From: the human T2T-CHM13v2.0 reference genome, Homo sapiens
Reading direction: 5' to 3' (one strand)
Assembly (NCBI RefSeq): GCF_009914755.1
Contig: NC_060930.1
DNA: 64,000 nucleotides
The position numbers and the translations under genes were made by a program. Below, in pieces: positions 45,875 through 64,000 of the stretch. The notes beneath the pieces are model-generated. The model was given only the letters and a program-made list of their open reading frames with translations, ran no database searches and was not told where the DNA came from. The first letter of the stretch is position 1; each line of letters opens with the position of its first letter.

Positions 45875-47002
45875 TAAAGCCCCTGATAGAAATGCATATT
45901 AGAGGTCAGGCGCAGTGGCTCATGCCTATAATCCCAGCACTTCAGGAGCCCTAGATCTTCTGAGATCAGGAGTTCAAGACCAGCCTGGCCTACATGATGA
46001 AACTTTGTCTCTACTAAAAATACAAAAAATTAGCCGGGTGTGATGGCACATGTCTGTGATCCCAGTTACTCGGGAGGCTGAGGCAGGAGAATAGCTTGAA
46101 CCCAGGAGGCAGAGGTTGCAGTGAGTGAGATCCTGCCACTGCACTCCAGCCTGGGCAACAGAATGAGACTCTGTCTAAAAAAAAAATAATAATAATAATA
46201 AAAGAAATGCATATTAGACAAGAACCTCTTGGGTTTAGAAAGCCTTGACTACTTTTTTTTTCTTTGTACTATTTGAACCATTTTTGGGGGGTGTATAATT
46301 CAATGATATTAAGTATGTTCACATTCCTATGCAACCATCACTATCATCTGTCTTCAAAACTCTTCATCTTGCAAAACTGAAACTCTGTACCCATAAACAA
46401 TAACTCATCTTTCTCTCCTCTCTCTAGCCCCTGGCAACCACCATTATACTTTCTGACTGTGATTTTGACTGCTCTAAGTACTTTATGTCAGTGAAATGAT
46501 GCAACGTTTGTCTTTTTGTTACTGGCTTATCACTCTTAGCCAATGTTCATCTATGTTGCAAGAATTTCCTTCCGTTTTAGGGCTGAATAATATTGCTTTG
46601 TATGTATATATCACATTTTGTTTATCCATTCACCTGTCAAAGGACAAAAATGCCTTACTTTTTAAAAAGATTTCCCTGAAACAAGTATTTTTATATATCC
46701 TTCTGTTAAGTTCAAAGAGATTTTTACCACCCTGGAGCAATGAGCCGTAGTTTGAATTAGGATGCCAGAAAGGTGTATTTTTCTCTTGTGAAATATATAA
46801 GGAGGAGGAATAGAAGGAGGACCATTGCATAGTCAGACTTGTTCCCAAGCCAGCCAATTTCAGGGAAGAGTAAAATGGAAGTTGAAATGTGGAAATCCAT
46901 TTCCTTGAAACTGCAAGAGCTGTCCAGGTGTGGTGGCTCATGCCTGTAATCCCAGCAGTTTGGCAGATCCACACAGGCAGATCACCTGAGGTCAGGAGTT
47001 CA

Positions 47003-47176
<174 letters not shown>

Positions 47177-47382
47177 CTAGACGACAGAGTGAGACTCTGT
47201 CGCCAAAAAAAAAAAAAAAAGAAAAAAGAAAAAAAAAAGAAACTACAAGTGCATCTGGATAGTCTTCCAGGATGTTCAGGGGTAACTACCACATTCTGAG
47301 GGCCTCTGCTCTATGGTTCTGTTTGTTTTCTCCAAGGACTTCAGCTGCTTGTCATGAAATCCTGTAAATGACTCTACAGTTA

Positions 47383-48047
<665 letters not shown>

Positions 48048-49296
48048 TCACTGGTGGTTTCTTTAACCAGAAGCTGCAAGCAACAATCCACTGGGCCAGA
48101 TCAAATATCTCTACTGTTGGCCTACCAAAGGAGGAGAACTCATTCTTTATTCAACCTTTCTGCAGCAATCAGTGTCCAAATCACAGAGAAAATGACTGTT
48201 TAGTTGAGTCTTGATGTGGAACTTGGATTTTATCTAGTAGGAAACCCCAGGAAATTTATTTGTGGGTATATATTTTATCTAGTTGACTTTACCACTTCTT
48301 TTTTTTTTTTTTTTCTGAGACAGCATCTCACTCTGCCACCCAAGCTGGAGTGCAGCAGTGCAATGTCAGCTCATTGCAGCAATTCGTACCTCAGCCTCCC
48401 AAGTAGCTGGGATTACAGGCACACGCCACCACCCTGGCTAATTTTTGTATTTTTAGTAGAGATGAGGTTTCACCATGCTGTCCAGGCTGGTCTTGAACTC
48501 CTGGCTTCAAGTGATATGCCCACACTGGCTTCCCAAAATGCTGGGATTACATCTTACTCTGTATGCCTCATGTTTATCTCTAGTCAGCCTTGGGTATGAG
48601 AACATCTGGTAGAGCCTACCTCAGTCATAAGCCCAGAAAGTGATCTCCCTGTGACTTTGGAGCCTTGACCTATCTATAACCTGTCCACAGACTTCTAGAC
48701 AGAGAAACTAAAATTCCCACCTTGCCTGCATACAGCTGCCTGGGCCAGAGAATCATACCCCAGAAGCTGATCCTTTTGCAAGCCCCTCTGTGAAGCCCAC
48801 CTGTGGCCCAGGAGGTCTACACAGAGCTGCTTCTTCCTCTGTAAACCCCCCACTTTGCACTGCACATGCTTTCTAAAGGCTTTCTGTACTTGAGATATGA
48901 ACGCCTTCCCACTTTAATTTTTGGATACTTTCCCTCATCCCTAAGGTATCATCTAGAGTTTCCTTATGTCTTATTGTTATTTTTTTTGGATAGAAAAGTG
49001 TTCATGATTATTAAGTAAAGAATAGATTACAAAACAATGCACACACTATGATCTAATTTTTATTAAAAAATATTTAACCGAAGTTGCAGAAAGCGAAAAA
49101 AAAAATTTAAAGAAAAAAATATCAAAAATAGGCTGGGAGCAGGGCTCACACCTGTAATCCCAGCACTTTGGGAGGCTTTAGGCCAGGAGTTCAAGACCAA
49201 CCTGGGCAACATAGTGAGACACTCCCTCCCTCAACCCCATGTCTACAAACAAACAAACAAAAAACAACAACAAAGAAACCAAATTAGCCAGGCCTA

Positions 49297-49428
<132 letters not shown>

Positions 49429-49481
49429 CTATTAAAAAAAAAATAAAGAAAAGAAATAATGTTTACTGTTTTTTGTTTTAA

Positions 49482-49720
<239 letters not shown>

Positions 49721-49828
49721 TGATCCGCCACCTTGGCCTCCCAAAGTGTTGGGATTACAGGTGTGAGCCACCACTCCCGGCCTATGTATTTAATACTTTT
49801 TATAATTAGAACAATAAAACTGCCACAC

Positions 49829-50682
49829 TGTAGGGAGACCCCTGAAACTATTGCTACGGAATAAAAGATGAAATGCTCCTGATTATTGTAAATACAAAGT
49901 TGCATGCAGGATTGTGTAAAGAGAATGCCAGGTTGGACTGCCAGAATGAGCCAACAGCGGGTGATGTGCTTCCCCCTGCAGAGAGCCTATGAACGGACGT
50001 GCATCACCAAGATTCCTATCCCAGAAAAGCAGATGTTCATAGCTCTGGGAATGGAATGCAACCCTTGTGGAAAGCCTCTAAACGGACGCATGAGGGGCGC
50101 CTGTCCCTGTGGGTAAGATAGGGCTATAAATGCCCTCATCTTGCCACGGCTCTTCTAGGCCTTTTTAGGGTTAAGGCATACTCCCTTCTGAGAATTTCTG
50201 GTCTAACTGATTGTCTAGCTTCACATCCTGTTTCTATGGATTGTTTGTAACCAGCTTTTGCTGCAACTGTTACTGCTGATTAATATCTTGCTAATCATAG
50301 GTTATGGAAAGACTGTTTCTGTTTTAAGGCTCTGTTAGAAATTACTGATGCACACAATATATTGTAAATTCTTATCTCTGTATACTGTACTTCTGCATAC
50401 AGATGTTATGTTAAAGAATTACTTCATCCCCATGTGACCATCTCACCTCATAATCAAATGACCCTAAATCCCTCACTAACCTACCCCTGCCCTCACTAAA
50501 CTTAATAATAAATGCTGGTATATCCAGTGTATTAGCAGCATTGCAGGACCAGAAGGCAGTGACCCCCCTGGACCCAGCTTTCAATATCTTCTGTGTGTCT
50601 ATTATTTCTCGACCTGCCAATCCGCCTGGGAACAAAGAAAGAGCCCCATTGCATTGTGGGCTGCTGGCCAGATCCTGCAATA
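49829..50682 (+). mobile_element. Solo ERV-K-class LTR, MER11 family (probably MER11D)
   Basis: TG start; exact 6-bp TSD CCACAC (49823-49828, 50683-50688); TATAAA 50125-50130; AATAAA 50507-50512; 3' end resembles the MER11 consensus as recalled. Confidence 0.8.
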
Positions 50683-51117
50683 CCACACTTGTTTTATTCT
50701 CCAGTCAAACGTTGCCTTTCTGAGAAAGGCTGTGAATTGAGAAAGGCTGTGAATTCCAAAAGGCTGGACATTTAACCTCCAACCAACCGATTCTTCTAAT
50801 TAACCAATTAGCCATCATGAATCTCTCTCTCTCTTTTTTTTTTTTTTGAGACAGAGTCTCACTCTTGTCGCCAGGCTGGAGTGCAGTGGCACGATCTCGG
50901 CTCACTGCAACCTCTGCCTACGGGTTCAAGCAATTCTCCTGCCTCAGCCGCCCAAGTAGCTGGGACTACAGGTGCATGCCACCACACCTGGCTAATTTTT
51001 TTTTTTGTATTTTAGTACAGACGGGGTTTCACCATGTTGCCCAGATTGGTCTCGAACTCCTGAGCTCAGGCAATCTGCCCCCTTCGGCCTTCCAAAGTGC
51101 TAGGATTACAGGCGTGA

Positions 51118-51447
<330 letters not shown>

Positions 51448-51734
51448 TGATCCACCTGCTTCGGCCTCCCAGAGTGCTGGGAATACAGGCGTGAGCCACC
51501 GCGCCCGGCCCGAATCTATTCTTATTTTCAGCCCTTAGTTTTTATAGACAAACAGAAGGTGACAGTGTATCAGATTGTCAGATCACAAAGATCTGATAAG
51601 GCAAAGTGATCAAATTCATTGATCGTAGGTGGCCACCTGGCGATAAGGACTGCAGGGCCTAAGAAAGTACAAAAGATGACCTTTAGTAGGAGCTCCCAAC
51701 CCAGAACCACAGGAAATCAAAAAAAGCCCGCACG

Positions 51735-52018
51735 GGCGGATCACGAGGTCAGGAAATCGAGAACATCCTGGCTAATACGGTGAAACCCAGTCTCTACTAA
51801 AAATACAAAAAATTAGCCGGGCGTAGTGGCGGGCGCCTGTAGCCCCAGCTACTCGGAGGCTAAGGCAGGAGAATGGCGCGAACCCGGGAGGGGGAGCTTG
51901 CAGTGAGCCGAAATCGCGCCACTGCATTCCAGCCTGGGCAACAGAGCGAGACTCTGTCTCAAAATAAATAAATAAATAAATAAATAAATAAAAATAAAAA
52001 ATAATAATAATAAAAAAA
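51735..52018 (+). mobile_element. 5'-truncated, CpG-rich AluY-like element abutting the MTO1 promoter
   Basis: Begins at ggcggatcacgagg; Y-type gaatggcg and gagcttgcag; TSD aaaaaaagcccgcacg on both sides. Confidence 0.85.
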
Positions 52019-52019
52019 G

Positions 52020-52720
<701 letters not shown>

Positions 52721-53325
52721 AGTGCCTTGGGAAAGGGAGCTACCAACTACTCGCTGGTAGCTTCTTAGTTCATTGCTGCGTTTACCTTCTACTATGTTAC
52801 TCCAGATAAAGGGTGAATTAACATTATTAACAATGGTTTATGGCCAGGTGCAGTGGCTCACTTCTTTAATCCCAGCACTTTGGGATGCCAAGGCAGGTGG
52901 ATCACCTGAGGTCAGGAGTTTGAGACCAGCTTGGCCAACACGGCGAAACCCCGTCTCTACTAAAAATACAAAAATTAGCCGGGCATGGTGGCGGGCGCCT
53001 ATAATCCCAGCTACTCGGGAGTCTGAGGCAGGAGAATCGCTTGAACCCGGGGGCAGAGGTTGCAGTGAGCCGAGATTGCGCCACTTCACTCCAGCCTGGG
53101 CAAAAGAGCAAAACTCCGTCTCAAAATAATGATAATATTAATAAAATAAAAAAATCCTTTATTAAACGGTTCTTGTGTTTTTATTTAAAAACATTTTTTT
53201 AGAGACAGGGTCTCGCCATGTTGCCCAGGCTGGAGTGCAGTGACTACTCATAGGCACGATCGTTGCACATTACAGGCTCCGCTTTCTGGACTCAAGAACT
53301 TTTCCTGCCTCTGCCTAACCAGTAG

Positions 53326-53631
<306 letters not shown>

Positions 53632-54154
53632 TAGCCAGGATGGTCTCGATCTCCTGACCTTGTGATCCGCCCGCCTCGGCCTCCCAAAATGCTGGGATTA
53701 CAGGCATGAGCCACCGTGCCCAGCGCCATGCTACCTTTTGCATCCTATATTCCTTCTGGGTTGTCGTCCCTGGATTTTGTGTTTAGTACTGGACAGTACT
53801 TTTTTTGCTCTAATGGGTAATGGTTGGATGGCCGTTCTGTAGCATCATGATAGATACTAGCTAAAACATCAACTTGTAAATTATGTATACTTTTGTCTTT
53901 CCTCCTTCCTTTTGCTTAGGAGCGAGCAGTAATTAGAATATTTACTTGTTTTGTAAAAGTTGTGAATAAATCACTTATTTATTCCTGAAATTCTTCTTTA
54001 AAATAACCATTCAGCTCATAACTGTGAAGAAATATATACTATTAACTGCGGTTTTGTGGGTGGGGGAGAGGAGGCTATATGATTTCCTAAAAGATTATAC
54101 TTTTCTCATCATACATTCAGGTGGGTTTTTTCTTTTCTTTTCTTTCATTTTTGA

Positions 54155-54298
<144 letters not shown>

Positions 54299-54467
54299 TA
54301 ATTTTTTGTATTTTTAGTAGAGATGGGGTTTCATCATGTTGGCCAGGCTGGTCTCCAACTCCTGACTTCAGGTGATCCACCCGTGTCAGCCTCCCAAAGT
54401 GCTGGGATTACAGGTGTGAGCCACCACACCTGGCCTGTTGTTTATATTTTTAAAAAATAAAGACCTA

Positions 54468-54572
54468 GTGCTTGCTTTGGCAACAACATAAACTAAAGTT
54501 GGAATGATATAGGGATTAGCATAGCCCCTGCACAAGGATGATGCACAAATTTGTGAAGTGTTCCATATTTTT
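54468..54572 (+). pseudogene. Full-length retroposed U6 snRNA pseudogene in MTO1 intron 1
   Basis: GTGCTTGCTTTGGCA...GATTAGCATAGCCCCTGCACAAGGATGA...TTCCATATTTTT matches U6 with decay; A-rich tail; 14-nt TSD aaaataaagaccta at 54454-54467 and 54586-54599. Confidence 0.93.
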
Positions 54573-55027
54573 AAAAAATAATAATAAAATAAAGACCTAG
54601 GCCAGGGGTGATTACTCACGCTTGTAATCCCAGCATTTGGGGAGCCCAGGAGTCTTCTATTTCAAAGGAAGAAGGAGGAAAATAATCTACCACAGCTGTC
54701 ATTCCTGTTTTTACAGTAGAGAGACTAAGGTATGTTAGGTAACTTGCCATGATCACAGAGCTCATAAGTGGTAGGTCTAGAAATTGAGCCAGATATCTCT
54801 TTCACACACACTCCTCATAATGACACTTCATGCTCATAATCACAGTGCTATCCAGTCTCCCTGTGGAGACCATTAAAACTTGTGGAGGTCTTGTCTGGGC
54901 ATGGTGGCTCATGCCTGTAATCCCAGCAGTTTGGGAGGCAAAGGCGGGCAAATCACCTGATGTCGGAAGTTCGAGACCAGCCTGACCAACATGGAGGAAC
55001 CCTGTCTCTATTAAAAATAGAAAATTA

Positions 55028-55419
<392 letters not shown>

Positions 55420-55520
55420 TCACTCACAAGAAATTTGTAATTTAATTATATTTAATTCTGCAAAGTAAGTGCAAAAAGGAGATATCAGATGGCATTTATG
55501 GAAGACATAATTGGTTGTAA

Positions 55521-55907
<387 letters not shown>

Positions 55908-56074
55908 TAGGGACTTCTTACAAGTGTGCTTGATTTGGTAGATTCCTCTGGTGCTGTATCAAAAAAGAACAAATTTAAAAACCAAGTATACTTGGTTTAG
56001 AAAGGTTTCATGGGGTAAGGATTACATGTTTGAAAGGAAAAGGCAACCTAGTGAAACAGTAAAAATATGCATCA

Positions 56075-56512
<438 letters not shown>

Positions 56513-56545
56513 TTATAGTCACCTGTATAAATGTTTCCTTATTAA

Positions 56546-57015
<470 letters not shown>

Positions 57016-57594
57016 TAGATGGTGTATGATAACAGCATATCAAATTCCATGTGAGAAATTTATTTTAGAGCAAAGTGTGGAGATATGTTGCTTATTCAAG
57101 GAACTTGTTGCATTTTCTCTACCTGGATGAGGAAAACTATATAAATAAATATGTTTCTCTTTTCATCTTGGCATTTATGATGCTCAGTCAAATTCTAGGC
57201 TCATCAGTACCATGTTCCATCTTAGTGTAGAACTTTGTAATCTGCATATTTATGTCTCCCTCTCTCCCCATCTTTCTATTGTAATTTCTGTTTTTTCTGG
57301 TTCTGACTTTAATTTTTTAAAAAATTCATATTTTAACAGCTTATATATATTTTTATGTAAAAGAGTTATGTATGTTTTTTATCAAAATAACTCATGCATA
57401 TAATTTTTTCTTAAAATATTAAAAGGGTCTGGGCATGGTGGCTCATGCCCGTAATCCTAGCACTTTGGGAGGCCGAGGTAGGTGGATTGCTTGAGCCCCA
57501 GAGTTTGAGACCAGCCTCGGCAAGATGGCAAAACCTCATGTCTACAAAAAAATACAAAAATTAGCCGGTGTGGTAGCAGGTGCCTGTAGTTTCA

Positions 57595-57858
<264 letters not shown>

Positions 57859-58012
57859 TTAGCCAGGTGTGGTGGCGCATGCTTGAAATCCCAGCTACTC
57901 AGGAGGCTGAGGCCAGAGAATCACTTGAACCCAGGAGGCGGAGGTTGTGGTGAGCCGAGATCACACCATTGCTCTCCAGCCTGGGCAACAAGAGCGAAAC
58001 TCTGTCTCAAAA

Positions 58013-58047
<35 letters not shown>

Positions 58048-58249
58048 ATATAAAAGAAATTTAGAAATTTATGTGGGAAAACAACCATCTCCTTCCCTGG
58101 AGACAGACACTTCAGCTTTTTTAGTTGTCACTTATTGTATATACTTCCATATTTCTGAATAGCAGGCTTATCTTTTTACTTCCTAATTTACAGTTCTAGA
58201 CATTATCTATTAACTTTTTTTGTTTGTTTGTTTTTGTTTTTGTTTTTGA

Positions 58250-58351
<102 letters not shown>

Positions 58352-58534
58352 TGAGTAGCTGGGACTACAGGCACGTACCACCATGCCCAGCTAATTTTTG
58401 TATTTTTAGTAGAGATGGGGTTTCACCACGTTGGCCAGGATGGTCTTGTTCTCCTGACCTTGTGATCCACCCGCCTCGCCCTCCCAGAGTGCTGGGATTA
58501 CAGCTGTGAGCCACCGCACCCAGCCATCTATTAA

Positions 58535-58853
<319 letters not shown>

Positions 58854-58892
58854 TAATGTCCAATTTTCCTTCCCTCTCTCCTTCTGATATAA

Positions 58893-59387
<495 letters not shown>

Positions 59388-59821
59388 TAGCGAACTTTGG
59401 TTTTCTGTTGACTTCTTTGCGTTTTTGGTTTTGGAGACAGGGTCTTACTCTGTCACCCAGGATGGAGTGCAGTGGCACTATAATCGCTCACTGTAGCCTC
59501 CACCTCCCAGAGGTGATCCTTCCACCTCAACCTCCCAAGTAGCTGGGACTATAGGTGTACACTACCACACCCAGCTTATTTTCAATTTTTTTGGAGACGT
59601 GGGATCTCCCTATGTTGCTTCCCTGTGTTGCCTAGACTGGTCTTGAACTCCTAGGCTCAAGTGATCCTCCCACCTCAACCACCCAAAGTGTTGGGATTAC
59701 AGGCATGAGCTGCCATGCCCAGCCTGTTACATTTTTAAATGAGGCACTAGGTCGGGCATGGTGGCTCACGCCTGTAATCCCAGCACTTTGGGAGGCTGAG
59801 GCGGGCGGATCACTGAGGTCA

Positions 59822-60056
<235 letters not shown>

Positions 60057-60250
60057 CTAACTGGAAGATTTGTGTGTACACAGTTAATTTTATTGCCTGG
60101 CTGATTCTGGTGGTGATTAAGACTTGAACTGCTGGACACGGTGGCTCACGCCTGTAATCCCAGCACTTTAGGAGGCCGAGGTGGGTGGATCACCTGAGGT
60201 TGGGAGTTGAAGACCAGCCTGACCAACATGGAGAAACCCCGTCTCTACTA

Positions 60251-60406
<156 letters not shown>

Positions 60407-60549
60407 TCAAAAAAAAAGAAAAGATTTGAACCAGCCTTTTGGTTTGGTGAATTCTCAAATATCAATGTCTGTTAGTTCTCAGAAGAATCAGTTTTCCACC
60501 TAAGAGAGTAATATGGCTACCCACTAGCGTTCTGGGAACAAAATGGTAA

Positions 60550-60817
<268 letters not shown>

Positions 60818-61252
60818 TAGCCAGGATGTTCTCGATCTCCTGACCTTGTGGTCCGCCCACCTCGGCCTCCCAAAGTGCTGGGATTACAGGCATGAGCCAC
60901 CGCGCGTGGCCCAGGAGTGTCATCTTTTAAAATACATATCTTAATTCCCATTTTCATTTTTATTATAGATTTATTAATTTTCTTGATTGGGAAATACATA
61001 CTTAGGGCCAACAACTTAAAGGCTACAAAAAGCATATAGAGTGAAAAGATAGTCTGTCTTAGCTGGGCATTATGGGCATTATGTGATTATGGCTCACACC
61101 TATAATCCCAGCACTTTGGAAGGCCGAGGCAGGTGGATCACCTGAGGTCGGGAGTTTGAGACCAGTCTGGCCAACATGGCGAAACTCGTCTCTACTAAAA
61201 ATACAAAAATTAGCCAGGCATGATGGCTCACGCCTGTAGTCCCAGCTACTCA

Positions 61253-61465
<213 letters not shown>

Positions 61466-63525
61466 CTAGGCATATGTACATGTCTTCATGCATATGTATA
61501 TGTATTTTTTGTTGTTTTCACAAAATCGTAGCATATTATACACACTGTTCCTCTGTACCTTTTTTTAAAAAAAAAACTTAATCTGTGTTTGCTTTGCTTT
61601 TGGAGGCCATGCTTTTTTTTTTTTAAGTTTGTGGGTTTGTTCCGATGGTTACCTTAAAAGCTATGATTTTATATATAATATAATATGCTCACTGACTTCC
61701 CTCAAGTAACAATTACTAAATTAGTTTTACTTTCATTTCCTTTTCTCCCCCGACTTTCTTTATTTTCCAGATTTAATGGTTATATTGTTTTTATTAGTAT
61801 TTATGTTTATACCCTTAAATTGTTTATTTTTTTATTTTTGAGACAAGTTCTCTCCCTCTTTCTTAGGCTGGAGTGCAGTGGCATGATCACAGCTCGCTGT
61901 AGCCTCGACCACCTGGACCCAAGTGATCTTCCTGCCTCAGCCTCCTGTGTAGCTGGGACCACAGGCATGTGTCACCACCCCTGGCTAATTTATTATTTTT
62001 TTTTGTAGAGATGGGGGTCTCACTATGTTGCCAGGACTGGTCTTGAACCCCAGGGCTCCAGTGATCTTCCTGCCCCAGTCTCTCAAAGTGTTCATATTAT
62101 AGTCATGAGCCACTGAGCCTGGCCGATTTAATTTAATATCTTTAAATGCTATTTTGTGATCCTGTCCATATTTTATAGGCCCAACAATAACAATTTTTTT
62201 GTGGTAAAATATACAAACCATAAAATGTACCATTTTAACCATTTTTAAGTGTACAATTCAGTGCTATTAAGTACATTGACAGTGTTGTGCACCCATCACC
62301 ACCAACGGTCTCTTGAACTTTTTCATCATCCCAAATTAAAATTCTGTACCCATTAAACAAAAAGTCCCCATTACCTGAAGAATAAACCTCCATTTTACTG
62401 TAAGGTAGAGCTATCTAGGACAAAACCTTAATGTGTAAATTTCAGCTGTTTCTTTCATTTTCTGTTCCAAGTTTCATTTCTACATTCCTCCTCAGTTCTT
62501 ATTCTCAGTTCTCTAATTTCTGAGCCTTTGCAGGGCAAATTAGTTCATTCTCATTGATATATCTTCTCTTCAGATATTAATACTTAAGTTATAGCTATCT
62601 CCCCTCTGCTAGATGAGTTACCATTCTTCCAAACACTTTCTATCTTTCAAAAATACATTGAAATTTCTCATCTTCTGACTGGTTCTTTTTCATTACTTGT
62701 CCTTTTGGTTTTATACCTTTTTTATTCCCCTATTTAATTTTCTTTGAGTTTTAGAAGGGAGAAGAAATGAGAGGTTGTATGCCATATTTATCCTGAAGTC
62801 TAAAATTAATTAATTTTTTAAATTAATTGAGACTAACTTTTTAGTGCTGATATGATTTTAGGTACATGTGAATTGGTGATAACACATTGTATTCTCTCTC
62901 CTAGATTGCTTAGATTGAGATTGATAACATATTAGCCTTCTTACTCATTTAAAATTCTTTGTCTGGGGTAGGGGAAATGGGAAGATACTGCTCAAAGGTT
63001 ATACATTTTCAGCTGTAAGTTGAATAAGTTCTAGCAATCTAGTGAGCAGTATGGTAACTGCAGTTAATAATAATGTATGATATACTTGAAATTTGCTAAG
63101 GGAGTAGATCATAAGTGTTCTCAACCACACAAAACGTGTAACTATGTGAGGTGATGGTTATATTAATTAGCTTGATTATGGGTATCATCACAGAAGGTAT
63201 ACTTGTATCAAAACACCATGTTGCATACTCTAAATATATACAGTTTTTTATATGTCTGTTATATGTCGATAAGTCTTGAAAAAACAAAAATATTAAAAAA
63301 GATTCTCAAGTTTTTAAAGACTGATAGTTTTTCTGTAGTTGTAATGTAAAATAGTCACATTCCATTTTGATCCATGGTAACAATTTAAAAAATGACTTTA
63401 GGCCGGGCGCGGTGGCTCACGCCTGTAAGTAATCCCAGCGCTTTGGGAGGCAGAGGTGGGTGGATCACCTGAGGTCGGGAATTCGAGACCAGCCTGACCA
63501 ACATGGAGAAACCCCATCTCTACTA

Positions 63526-64000
<475 letters not shown>

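Overview
Primate, almost certainly human, genomic DNA from the DDX43-CGAS-MTO1 neighbourhood (6q13 from recall). I read the exons and splice sites by hand. The window holds the last seven coding exons and the non-coding terminal exon of the DEAD-box helicase DDX43 (+, 1-~8050), the complete five-exon CGAS/MB21D1 gene (-, CDS 42597->15926, 522 aa), and the first four exons of the mitochondrial tRNA modifier MTO1 (+, 52250 to window end). About 100 Alu copies or fragments fill much of the rest and explain nearly all other ORFs in the track. Also present: L1M, L2, MIR and MER2 remnants, several LTRs including a MER11-family solo LTR between the CGAS and MTO1 promoters, a retroposed U6 copy, a tiny SVA 3' fragment and an unidentified retrocopied 3'UTR. 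The most interesting signals are RNA-level. (1) An internal donor in CGAS exon 5 pairs with an acceptor lying antisense inside a DDX43 coding exon, giving a 447-aa cGAS ending RLY*. (2) An MTO1 uORF would fuse in-frame to MTO1 if a 59-nt GT-AG micro-intron is removed. (3) The CGAS 3'UTR carries an inverted Alu pair that alternative polyadenylation could include or exclude. (4) MTO1 exons 2-3 form a stop-free 318-nt circle. (5) A ~114-nt hairpin sits beside CGAS exon 2. (6) The CGAS haplotype encodes N35/E48/H261. Repeat subfamily names and repeat boundaries are approximate, and no database search was run.
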